Assembly (NCBI GenBank): GCA_963696515.1
Contig: CAVOKM010000007.1
Span: forward strand, 2,541-66,540
DNA from: an uncultured Gammaproteobacteria bacterium
GTDB lineage: Bacteria > Pseudomonadota > Gammaproteobacteria > Competibacterales > Competibacteraceae
Length of the DNA: 64,000 bases
Direction: 5' to 3'
Positions 1-8,806 of this stretch are shown in pieces. Position numbers and translations under genes: made by a program. How positions within the stretch are numbered: position 1 is the stretch's first letter; every line of letters begins with the position of its first letter. Below the pieces are notes generated by a model. It searched no databases, had not been told where the DNA came from, and saw only the letters and a program-made list of their open reading frames with translations.

Positions 1-3
1 GCC

Positions 4-933
4 GTGATCGATCAATTTAGGCCGGACGTGGTCCATGCGCATTCGCCGGTTCTGGTTGGACTTCCGGCCTACTTCGTCGCTAGACGGCGCGGATTGCCGT
101 TGGTCTATGAGGTTCGGGATTTGTGGGAGAATGCGTCTGTTGATCGAGGCAAATTTGCGGTCGGTTCGGTTCCCTACCGCGTAGCTCGTGGCCTGGAAAC
201 CTGGCTCTTGCGGCACGCGGATGCCGTGGTCACCATTGGCGAGACGCTCCGTGATGAACTCCAGAGGCGCACAGGGCGCAACATCACGGTTACATCGAAC
301 GGTGTCGATCCGGATCTGTTCCGACCGCTCGAACCCGACCCGGAGTGGCTCAGACAGTGGAATCCTGATGGGCAGCAGGTGATCGCCTATGTCGGGGCGT
401 TCCAGCCCTACGAAGGATTGGATGTTCTCGTGAAGGCCATGTGCCTGATCGTGGCCCAGCAAGATCGCGTTCACCTGCTGATCGTTGGCGGTGGTCCCGA
501 GCGGCGCGACCTTGAGACGCTTGTGGAAGGGGAAAAACTCCAGGCTCATGTGACGTTTGCGGGGCGCCTTCCGCATGATCGGGTGAAGGAAATCTATGCC
601 ATTGCCGATCTGCTGGTCTACCCGCGAATCGCGACGCTCACCACGCGGCTTACGACCCCTCTCAAGCCGCTTGAGGCGCTGTCGATGCGGAAGGCCGTGC
701 TGGCCAGCGATCTTCCGGCGATGCGCGAACTCATTTCCGATCAGGTGACCGGTATGCTGTTCGAACCTGGAAACCCCGGGGATCTGGCGGAGAAAGCGCT
801 CAAGTTACTGAGCGATCCTTCCCTGAGGAGCAAGCTTGGTGGTGAAGGCCGTTCTCGAATTCTACAGGAGCGGTGTTGGGATTTATCGGTTGCCAAGTAC
901 AAGCCGATTTACCTCAAGCTGCTTGCTGAATGA
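4..933 (+). CDS. GT4 glycosyltransferase (EPS/exosortase-associated type), probably 5'-truncated by the window edge
   Basis: VVHAHSP, YEVRDLWE, YEGLDVL and PLKPLEA(L) GT-B/GT4 motifs. Confidence 0.85.
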   Translation: MIDQFRPDVVHAHSPVLVGLPAYFVARRRGLPLVYEVRDLWENASVDRGKFAVGSVPYRVARGLETWLLRHADAVVTIGETLRDELQRRTGRNITVTSNGVDPDLFRPLEPDPEWLRQWNPDGQQVIAYVGAFQPYEGLDVLVKAMCLIVAQQDRVHLLIVGGGPERRDLETLVEGEKLQAHVTFAGRLPHDRVKEIYAIADLLVYPRIATLTTRLTTPLKPLEALSMRKAVLASDLPAMRELISDQVTGMLFEPGNPGDLAEKALKLLSDPSLRSKLGGEGRSRILQERCWDLSVAKYKPIYLKLLAE

Positions 934-1055
934 GTGGTGTACCGCTAACCTGTGTTCCGCTAACTCTGCCATGTACCACTTCATCGTAGCCGACCGCAAG
1001 ACCGATTATCTGCTGCCTTTTTCGTTGAACGACTCGCTCAAAGTGGCAAATTCAA

Positions 1056-2697
1056 CAGCAATTCCCGGTCTCTTGAAAAGTTCTATATAATCAATGTACT
1101 ATAAAAGGTACTTCTTGACTTCGATTTTGAGTTTTTAGAGGTTTTGGATTTAAAATTTATCAGGTATGGTTTGATCATGAAGAAATTAACTTCTCCCCCT
1201 TCACTAACCTCTTTAAATAAATACGTATCAGCGCCTGCCCTGCTCAATCAGGTTCGGCGGTCTTTTGAAAGGATCCCTGATCCACGCCGTTATGGTCAGC
1301 AATTTTCATTACCCGATGTCCTCATGTCAGGTTTGGCCATCTTTGGCTTGAAATATCCATCCTTGTTGAAGTTTGATGAACAACGTAATGAGGAGCGAAT
1401 TCGGGCGAATCTAAAATCATTATATGGTGTTGAACAAGCCCCTTGTGATACGCAACTTCGATCCGTCCTTGATCGGGTCAATCCAGCAGAACTTCGGGCG
1501 CCATTCATTCAAATTCACCAGAAATTGTATCGTCAAAATTTTTTGGAAGGTTTTCGTTATTTAGATAGTTTTTTAGTCAGTATTGATGGGACGGGGCAAT
1601 TCTCTTCATCACTCGTTAGTTGCCCAGAATGTTGTGTTCGTCATCATAAAAATGGCCAAGTGAGCTATTATCATCAATTATTAGGGGCTGTTATCGTTCA
1701 TCCGGATCGGGATCAAGTCTTACCCCTCTTTCCTGAAGCGATTACGCATCAGGATGGTGCGACCAAAAATGACTGTGAAGCGAATGCGAGTAAACGCCTG
1801 TTGAAACAGCTTCGCGAAGCCTTTCCCACCTGGCCTTTGCGCGTGGTCGAAGATAGCCTATCAGCGAACGGTCCTCACATTAACTTATTGAAAGAATTGA
1901 ATATTGGTTATATTATTTCAGTAAAGCCCGAGGGTCAAGAATCTCTATTTCACGAGGTTAGAAATCGCGTCCTGAAGGGTCAAAGCGAAGAATTTGAGGT
2001 GTTGGGAGAGGATAAGATTCTCCGTGGTTATCGGTGGATTAACGAGATTCCTTTGAATAAATCGCATCCCGATTTGCTGGTCAATTTTCTCGACTATTGG
2101 GAGATTCGCGATGGCAAAGAATTTAACTTTTCATGGATTACCGAAATAAAACTCACTGCCGATAATGTTCACTTAGTGATGAAAGGAGGTCGAAGTCGCT
2201 GGCATATTGAAAACCAGACGTTTAACACCCTGAAAAATCAAGACTATGAGTTTGAGCACAACTACGGACATGGGGAACAACATTTATCGACGGTTTTCGC
2301 GATGTTGATGATGCTGGCTTTTCTAATCGATCAAGTGCAGGAATACGGCTGTGCTTTTTTCCAAGCAGCTCGTCAGCGTTTTCATTCGCGTACCTCGTTA
2401 TGGATCAAAATCAAAGGACTCTTTAAAGAGTTCTTTATTAAAAATTGGGAGTCACTATGGTATGCAATTATTTATGGACATTGTGGTGGATTCTTACAGC
2501 CCAACACTTCTTAGTCTCTCGATGATCTGTAGGCTGTATTCTATTTCTTTAGTCTGAAAAGCAGGGTGGTCTTTATTATAGTTGATTGGGCGTTCCTGAA
2601 CGCGTAAGGGTGTTTTTGTCTTTATTATTGGATTGTTTTATAATTACCAACGGCCCTATTAAAAAGCAGGCCTAAATAAAGAGAGCGGGAATTGCTG
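1056..2697 (+). mobile_element. Intact IS element (DDE; ISNCY/IS4-superfamily-like)
   Basis: 19-bp TIR CAGCAATTCCCG(G/C)TCTCTT with 1 mismatch; 9-bp TSD CAAATTCAA at 1047-1055 and 2698-2706; lower GC than the flanks. Confidence 0.9.
1177..2514 (+). CDS. DDE transposase
   Basis: IPDPR N-terminus; SIDGTG, VEDSL and GRSRWHIENQTFNTLK motifs; ORF track starts at 1144, first in-frame ATG at 1177. Confidence 0.88.
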   Translation: MKKLTSPPSLTSLNKYVSAPALLNQVRRSFERIPDPRRYGQQFSLPDVLMSGLAIFGLKYPSLLKFDEQRNEERIRANLKSLYGVEQAPCDTQLRSVLDRVNPAELRAPFIQIHQKLYRQNFLEGFRYLDSFLVSIDGTGQFSSSLVSCPECCVRHHKNGQVSYYHQLLGAVIVHPDRDQVLPLFPEAITHQDGATKNDCEANASKRLLKQLREAFPTWPLRVVEDSLSANGPHINLLKELNIGYIISVKPEGQESLFHEVRNRVLKGQSEEFEVLGEDKILRGYRWINEIPLNKSHPDLLVNFLDYWEIRDGKEFNFSWITEIKLTADNVHLVMKGGRSRWHIENQTFNTLKNQDYEFEHNYGHGEQHLSTVFAMLMMLAFLIDQVQEYGCAFFQAARQRFHSRTSLWIKIKGLFKEFFIKNWESLWYAIIYGHCGGFLQPNTS

Positions 2698-2708
2698 CAA
2701 ATTCAAAC

Positions 2709-2842
2709 GGGCGTAACCAGTCGAGCGCACCCCTAAATTATTGAAAATACTTGAGGTGTCCGTTTTGAAACCTCTAATCAGGCATTTTTTCGCCTTCCTA
2801 ACCCTATGATTTTCAAGCCTGAGCGCTCGACTGGTTACGCCC
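2709..2842. mobile_element. 134-bp MITE, copy 1
   Basis: 20-bp perfect TIR GGGCGTAACCAGTCGAGCGC; 9-bp TSD AATTCAAAC at 2700-2708 and 2843-2851. Confidence 0.9.
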
Positions 2843-2851
2843 AATTCAAAC

Positions 2852-2947
2852 AGATGCTGAGTTCCAAGCCCAATGCGAGCGTTGGATGGCCAAAGGCTAT
2901 ACCTCTACTGTTTGCCGTGTTACTCACCAGAGTTGAACTTAAATTCC
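2852..2947 (+). pseudogene. IS630-family transposase remnant
   Basis: Reads AEFQAQCERWMAKG / LYLYCLPCYSPELNL across a frameshift, matching the IS630 LPxYSPELN motif. Confidence 0.6.
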
Positions 2948-5131
2948 ATGAAGCAAGTTATCCGTAAAGGCTTAAAAGAGATCATCGTTGACGAGGTGGC
3001 TGATCCTGTGGTGACACCGCATCATGTCTTGGTTCGTCCTATTTATTCGCTCATAAGCGCAGGGACTGAGACCGCAGATATACATTCTGACAACATCGTC
3101 AAGGAAGTCGCAGAAAACCCTTCCCATCTCAGAACAGTCTGGGAAGTGATGAAGCAGGTGGGGCCACTCAGTACCATCGCTGAAGTCCGCGCGAAGTTCA
3201 GCGAGTATGCTGTGCTTGGTTATTCTGGTGCGGGCGTGGTGATTGACAAGCACGAGACTGTGGCCGATTTGGAAATTGGTGATCGCGTCGCTTACGGTGG
3301 TGAAGGCACTGGACACGGTGAGACAATCTTAACCGGGCGCAATCTGGTCGCCAGAATCCCAGCCACAGTTCCCTTTGTACATGCCTGCTTCACCACGCTC
3401 GGCAGCATAGCGATGAACGCCGTTCGCATTGCTAACATCAGTGTGGGCGATGTCGTCGCGGTAATAGGTCTAGGGCTGATAGGCCAACTCGTTTCGCAGT
3501 TAGTCCGCGTGCAGGGCGGCGTGGTTTTGGCAATTGATGTGAAACCAGACCGCGTAGAGATTGCTAAACAGGCTGGTGCAGATCACGGACTCATCGGTAG
3601 CGAGTCAACTCTGCAGCAGGTTCTAGCTCTAACAGAAGGCAGAGGCACGGACTGCGTGATCGTTGCGGCTGCGTCCAAGTCTCCGATTCCCGTACAGCAG
3701 GCTGTCCAGATGAGCCGTGACCGCGGGCGCGTAATCATCGTCGGGGCTGTCCCGCTGGATTTGCCGCGCGACCAAATGTACATCAAGGAACTACAGGTTT
3801 TGATGGCTCGTGCTTACGGGCCAGGTAGCTACGATCCCGATTATGAAAAGCGCGGGCGTGATTATCCGCTGGCTTACGTGCGCTGGACAGAAAACCGCAA
3901 CATGGAAGAGTTTCTCCGCCTCATGGCAACTGGGCGCATACAGATCACACAGCTCATCAGCCACGAGTTTCCGCTAGACGAAGCAGCAAAAGCTTATCAA
4001 ACGATTATAAATCCGCAGATGAACAGTCTTGCAGTTCTGCTACGGTATCCGGCTGCGGACGCGCCAAAAGAAGTCGCTGTGGGTTTTACGTCCGTACGCA
4101 AAGTGGAAACTGGCAAAGCTAGTGCAACGGACAAAGACACTTTGCGGGTCGCGTTGGTCGGTGCGGGTAATCTGGCGAAATGGGTGCACCTGCCCAACCT
4201 AAAGAAGATTTCCGGCGTGGCGTTGCACGCTGTCTATTCCAACCATGGAGCGCGCGGCAAGAGTTATGGGCTGCGTTTCGGCGCGGTTTACAGTTGCACG
4301 GACTACGAAGAAATCCTGCACGACAAGAATGTCGACATTGTGTTGATTGCCAGCCGTCATCAGTATCACTGTGAGCAGGCTGTGCAGGCACTGCAGGCGG
4401 GCAAACACGTCTTCCTGGAAAAGCCTTTTGCAATAACACTGGAAGAATGCCGCCAGCTTTACTGGGCGACACAAGCGACAGATAGGCAATTGACAGTAGG
4501 CTTTAATCGCCGCTTCTCACCGTACTATGTAGAGATAAAAAAACTGTTGATGCAACGCACCGGCCCAATCGTCATCAACTGTCGCATGAATTCGCCGGGT
4601 CTGTCGGGAGACTTTTGGGCCGCAGACCCACAGATAGGAGGCGCGATTATCGGTGAAGGTTGTCACTTCGTAGACCTGTTGTACTGGCTACTGGAAGCAG
4701 AACCTGTCAGCGTCTTAGCATATAGTCTGCCCATCGGCAAGCAAGACCCAATTGGCGAAAACAACATCGCTGCCACATTTCGTTTCGCAGACGGTTCAAT
4801 CGGTAATCTTACTTACTGTACGGTTGGAAGCAAGACATCCGGCGGGGAGCGGCTGGAAGTCTTCGCGCCCGGTATAGGCGCCGTAACGGAAGATATGAAA
4901 CAACTCACGGTCAAAGCGGCTAAAACAAAGGCACGCTCGCGCTGGTTCCCGGAGAAAGGCTATATGGCCCAGATGGAAGCGTTCATTCACGATTTGCGGA
5001 CTGGTAACCGGCCTAACGTGACAGCACGTGATGGTGCACGTGCCACCATCGGTGGCTTGCTGATGCTCGAATCCGCGCGAACTTTGCAGCCGTGCATGTT
5101 TGACCTTAATGCGATCTTGGAAGCCCAATAA
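2948..5131 (+). CDS. Bi-domain oxidoreductase (Zn-ADH-like plus Gfo/Idh/MocA) for nucleotide-sugar modification
   Basis: SLISAGTE, GLGLIG, YGPGSYDPDYE, YVRWTENRNM, VFLEKP, VGFNRRF; ATG 2948 chosen because the upstream in-frame codons are IS630 remnant. Confidence 0.88.
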   Translation: MKQVIRKGLKEIIVDEVADPVVTPHHVLVRPIYSLISAGTETADIHSDNIVKEVAENPSHLRTVWEVMKQVGPLSTIAEVRAKFSEYAVLGYSGAGVVIDKHETVADLEIGDRVAYGGEGTGHGETILTGRNLVARIPATVPFVHACFTTLGSIAMNAVRIANISVGDVVAVIGLGLIGQLVSQLVRVQGGVVLAIDVKPDRVEIAKQAGADHGLIGSESTLQQVLALTEGRGTDCVIVAAASKSPIPVQQAVQMSRDRGRVIIVGAVPLDLPRDQMYIKELQVLMARAYGPGSYDPDYEKRGRDYPLAYVRWTENRNMEEFLRLMATGRIQITQLISHEFPLDEAAKAYQTIINPQMNSLAVLLRYPAADAPKEVAVGFTSVRKVETGKASATDKDTLRVALVGAGNLAKWVHLPNLKKISGVALHAVYSNHGARGKSYGLRFGAVYSCTDYEEILHDKNVDIVLIASRHQYHCEQAVQALQAGKHVFLEKPFAITLEECRQLYWATQATDRQLTVGFNRRFSPYYVEIKKLLMQRTGPIVINCRMNSPGLSGDFWAADPQIGGAIIGEGCHFVDLLYWLLEAEPVSVLAYSLPIGKQDPIGENNIAATFRFADGSIGNLTYCTVGSKTSGGERLEVFAPGIGAVTEDMKQLTVKAAKTKARSRWFPEKGYMAQMEAFIHDLRTGNRPNVTARDGARATIGGLLMLESARTLQPCMFDLNAILEAQ

Positions 5132-5272
5132 TAGTTCACCTCTAGCAGTATTCGCTAACAAGGGATCTAACGTCAATAAGTCAAAGGACAAGACATTGGC
5201 TTTTGTTCTTTCCTGTTAGTTTTCGCCCTGCAGTCTCTATAGTTATTTCAAAATTTCGAACATAACGATCCA

Positions 5273-6316
5273 ATGAGAGTTTTGCAACTTGGCCCCTATC
5301 CGCCGCCGCATGGTGGAGTTCAGGCAAATTTATCAGCTATTCGAAAGGCCTTGCTGGCGCGCTTTGAGGAGTGTCCCGTTATAGTATTATCACGATCTAT
5401 GGATACTGACGCGGATGACTCTGATGTATATCGTCCAAAAAGTATGTGGCAGCTTTTTCGGATACTGCTCGGCTTGCCTTGTGACATAGTTCATCTACAC
5501 ATTGGTGGCAATCTCACTTTTAGATTGTTGGGGCTCACGCTGTTGTGCAGTCTGTTGCCGGGATGCAAATCGGTGCTAACGTTTCACTCTGGAGGCTATC
5601 CGTCTTCGCCTGCGGGCCGAACGGCTGGGCCAATGACTTTACGCGGTTTTGTATTTCGTCGCTTAAGCAGAATTATTGGCGTCAACACACAGATAGTCGA
5701 GATGTTCCACCGGTTTGGCGTGGCTGCAGACAAAGTGCAGCTCATTTATCCCCACGCCTTTTCCCCACCTTCGCCCGACACAATTATCCCTAAAAACCTG
5801 CAAAGCTTTCTGCAAGCGCACGAGCCCGTAATGATTTCTGTCGGACTTTTGGAACCAGAGTATGATCTTGCGCTGCAAATCGAAGTACTGGGGATGATAC
5901 AGGAGGAGTTTCCGCATGCTGGTTTGATAATGATTGGCTCTGGCAGTCTGGAAAGCGACCTGCGGACGCGCATTGCAGAAAAGCCCTATGTCAAAGACAT
6001 ACTGCTTTGCGGTGATCTAAATCACGATGTAACTCTGCGCGTGATTGCCGAATGTAATTTGATGCTCAGAACTACTTTGTATGACGGAGATTCCATCTCG
6101 GTGCGTGAGGCTCTACACTTAGGCTTGCCTGTCATTGCCACAGACAATGCCATGCGTCCCGAAGGCGTTGAATTAATTCCTGCCGCAGACCTCAAGGCGC
6201 TTCACACTGCTATCAACCGTATTTTGACGCAAGGCCGCCCGCAGCAGTCTGAATTCACCTACGACGGCCAAGCAAACATACGTAAAGTGTTAGAGCTTTA
6301 TCAGGAACTTTTGTAG
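5273..6316 (+). CDS. GT4 glycosyltransferase
   Basis: GPYPPPHGGV; DGDSISVREALHLGLPVIATD. Confidence 0.88.
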   Translation: MRVLQLGPYPPPHGGVQANLSAIRKALLARFEECPVIVLSRSMDTDADDSDVYRPKSMWQLFRILLGLPCDIVHLHIGGNLTFRLLGLTLLCSLLPGCKSVLTFHSGGYPSSPAGRTAGPMTLRGFVFRRLSRIIGVNTQIVEMFHRFGVAADKVQLIYPHAFSPPSPDTIIPKNLQSFLQAHEPVMISVGLLEPEYDLALQIEVLGMIQEEFPHAGLIMIGSGSLESDLRTRIAEKPYVKDILLCGDLNHDVTLRVIAECNLMLRTTLYDGDSISVREALHLGLPVIATDNAMRPEGVELIPAADLKALHTAINRILTQGRPQQSEFTYDGQANIRKVLELYQELL

Positions 6317-6488
6317 CTGATGAGCCTCAGCAGATAGCTTGCACCAGCAAAGCTCTAATAAAATACCTCCTGTAAATTTTCCTGTGATCCGAACTATGGG
6401 TCGGGCGAGCATAGTGCGTATAACTCAGCAAGATCAATGAGTTAAATTATGGTCGATGATCTGGCTCGTGCTGCGAATCAGCGCCATC

Positions 6489-7810
6489 CATTGTACAGGA
6501 CAAAAATAACTTACTGAAAATTAAGATAAAAAATTGCAACTATTTTGAGAGCAGCAGGATCGGAAGGTTTGTGTTATCATAATTAATTGATTAATAACAT
6601 TAATTTCCTAACAGGCGAGGTTAATTCCGTGAATCCCCCCCTTTTTAATACCCGGCACTTTGCAGAAATGCTTCACCATCATTTTCACTGGAACCGCGCT
6701 CGTATCTATTGCATTATCTATTTGATCATCGGAATCATCCAGATGGGAACAGTCAATCTCGCAAAGATCGCCACCACTTTTCCTGGAAATGCACAACCCT
6801 CCTCTAATTACAAACGCCTTCAACGGCTTTTTGGTCAATTTTCTCTGGACCTGAATCAGGTAGCTCGGTTCATTGCCGGTCTCATTCCTTTACTTCAGTT
6901 CAAATTGACGCTCGATAGAACCAATTGGAAATGCGGTGACGCTAATATCAATTACCTCGTTTTGGGAATCGTCTATCGCGGATCCGCTTTTCCTATATTA
7001 TGGGTCGCTTTAGATAAAAAAGGCAACTCAAATACCCAAGAAAGAATCGAAATAATCACCCGATTTCTAACGATCTTTGGCGCTCAAACGATCGCCTGCT
7101 TGTTTGCGGATCGTGAGTTCGTCGGGATCAAATGGTTTGGATATCTTATTGAAAATAATATTAAATTCGTCATACGCATCAAGAAAAACACGCAAGTCTC
7201 TAATTCCCGAGGCGTCCTCGTTCCTGCAGAAAATCTCTTTCGAGGCCTACCACGCGGCGGCGCGCTCATTTTATCGGGTCAACGAACAGTATGGGGGCAC
7301 TCTCTTTATGTCATTGGCCTGAAGATGCCCGACGGTGAATTCGTCATTATCGCTACGCAAGAACAACCGGAAACCGCTTTGGAAAATTATAAGGAACGCT
7401 GGCCCATCGAAACGCTTTTCATTTGCTTGAAAACCCGAGGTTTCGATCTGGAATCCACCCATATGACCGACCCTCAGCGACTTGAAAAGTTGATGGTCTT
7501 TCTCGCTATTGCCTTCAGTTGGGCGCACATTATTGGTGAATGGCGCCATGAAGTTAAGCCGATCAAAATCAAAAAACATGGCCGTCCTGCCCAAAGTCTT
7601 TTTCGGTATGGATTAGATTACTTAAGAGGTTGTTTATTCCACCACCAGGAATCTGCCCGGCAATACACTTTTCATCAGGCGCTGGAGTCGCTCTTTAAAC
7701 GGGTGGGATGGAGCCCTCAAAATCGCTGTTCTCCACCTCTAATGAGTACGCTGCCGGGTAAAGATTTAACATTTAATTCATTGGGTTAGCCGATTTTGTC
7801 CTGTACAATG
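6489..7810 (+). mobile_element. IS4-family element
   Basis: 17-bp TIR CATTGTACAGGACAAAA; 9-bp TSD AGCGCCATC at 6480-6488 and 7811-7819. Confidence 0.9.
6587..7789 (+). CDS. IS4-family transposase (start may be GTG 6629 or ATG 6668)
   Basis: LDRTNWK, FADREF, YKERWPIETLFICLKTRGFDLE (YREK signature). Confidence 0.9.
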   Translation: MINNINFLTGEVNSVNPPLFNTRHFAEMLHHHFHWNRARIYCIIYLIIGIIQMGTVNLAKIATTFPGNAQPSSNYKRLQRLFGQFSLDLNQVARFIAGLIPLLQFKLTLDRTNWKCGDANINYLVLGIVYRGSAFPILWVALDKKGNSNTQERIEIITRFLTIFGAQTIACLFADREFVGIKWFGYLIENNIKFVIRIKKNTQVSNSRGVLVPAENLFRGLPRGGALILSGQRTVWGHSLYVIGLKMPDGEFVIIATQEQPETALENYKERWPIETLFICLKTRGFDLESTHMTDPQRLEKLMVFLAIAFSWAHIIGEWRHEVKPIKIKKHGRPAQSLFRYGLDYLRGCLFHHQESARQYTFHQALESLFKRVGWSPQNRCSPPLMSTLPGKDLTFNSLG

Positions 7811-7849
7811 AGCGCCATCACAGAAAAATTTACAGGAGGAAACAATGTC

Positions 7850-8219
7850 CGGTTATCAATTAGCGGGACTATATTAGCTGGACTATATTATGATTATGCC
7901 GATATCGATACTGGAAGCTTACGCAAATGGACTGGCCGTGGTTACCACCAACCCCGGCGGAATTCCCTATATCGTCGAGGATGAGCTCAACGGAAGGCTG
8001 GTGGGGTGCGACGATGACGCAGAGTCGTTGGCCAAGAAGGCATTTGAGGCCGTCGGTCACCCGGCCCTTTTCACGGAACTGACGCGGAATGGGTATGCCG
8101 AGTGCCCGAAATCACTTGGGACTCGGTGAAATTAGGATGGATGGCAATTTATTCGGAGGTGACGCAGCAGAGACGTTGTAATTTTCCAAAAGGAACGTAT
8201 GGGTCAGGATCGAGTTGAT
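7850..8219 (+). pseudogene. C-terminal remnant of a GT4 glycosyltransferase
   Basis: MPISILEAYANGLAVVTTNPGGIPYIV, then a frameshifted TWDSVK; the 5' part is missing next to the MITE/IS4; limits approximate. Confidence 0.7.
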
Positions 8220-8237
8220 TTGACAGAGGAATTAGAT

Positions 8238-8753
8238 ATGGCTACTTTAAAGGTGAACGGTGGAATACTTTTCTTTTATGGAACAACAGGGCGTGGCTTG
8301 ACCCTGCAGACGAAGAACCTCATGGCGACATTCGACCTTGGGGACACGGGAAGTTTTTCCATCCCAAGCGGCCCTCATCAGTCAGGTGAGGTAGTTGATA
8401 TTTCCGGAAATCTCGCTGGAGACCAAACTCTGCGCTCCGGCCCCGCATACCATAAAGGGAAGAAATACCCTAAGCTGTGGTACGAGGGATCGCTGGAGTT
8501 CAGCGCCGTACCGCTTACCGTCCCGGGCGATTCGGCTCGGCCGGTTGCGGTTCGCACCCGTTTCACGTTCCAGGGAACGCTCAAGTCTTTCTTATCCAGC
8601 AATATCTCCGGCCAAGGTGGTCCAGCCGTATTCGACATGGCGTTGACTGGCGGTGGAACGGCCACCGCATTTTTTTCCGCTTCTCATTCTGCGGGAGCCA
8701 ACCTGCTCGTTCGAGATGTGTTGGCCCAATCTTACTCCTTCACGAGCCGTTGA
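8238..8753 (+). CDS. Hypothetical beta-rich protein
   Basis: GAGGA RBS before ATG 8238; 171-aa Gly/Ser/Thr-rich ORF. Confidence 0.6.
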   Translation: MATLKVNGGILFFYGTTGRGLTLQTKNLMATFDLGDTGSFSIPSGPHQSGEVVDISGNLAGDQTLRSGPAYHKGKKYPKLWYEGSLEFSAVPLTVPGDSARPVAVRTRFTFQGTLKSFLSSNISGQGGPAVFDMALTGGGTATAFFSASHSAGANLLVRDVLAQSYSFTSR

Positions 8754-8806
8754 TAACCGCTATTTCTGAGTTTATTTGAAAATTATAAACATAGCCATCG
8801 TGGCGC

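Larger units (their letters stand above)
6366..7839. mobile_element. About 143-bp MITE interrupted by an IS4 element
   Basis: 23-bp TIR CCTCCTGTAAATTTT(C/T)CTGTGAT at 6366-6388 and 7817-7839; no clear TSD. Confidence 0.65.

Noticed and set aside
2873-2947. N-terminal extension of the oxidoreductase ORF
   Set aside because: It is IS630 remnant sequence; the family N-terminus begins at MKQV (2948)
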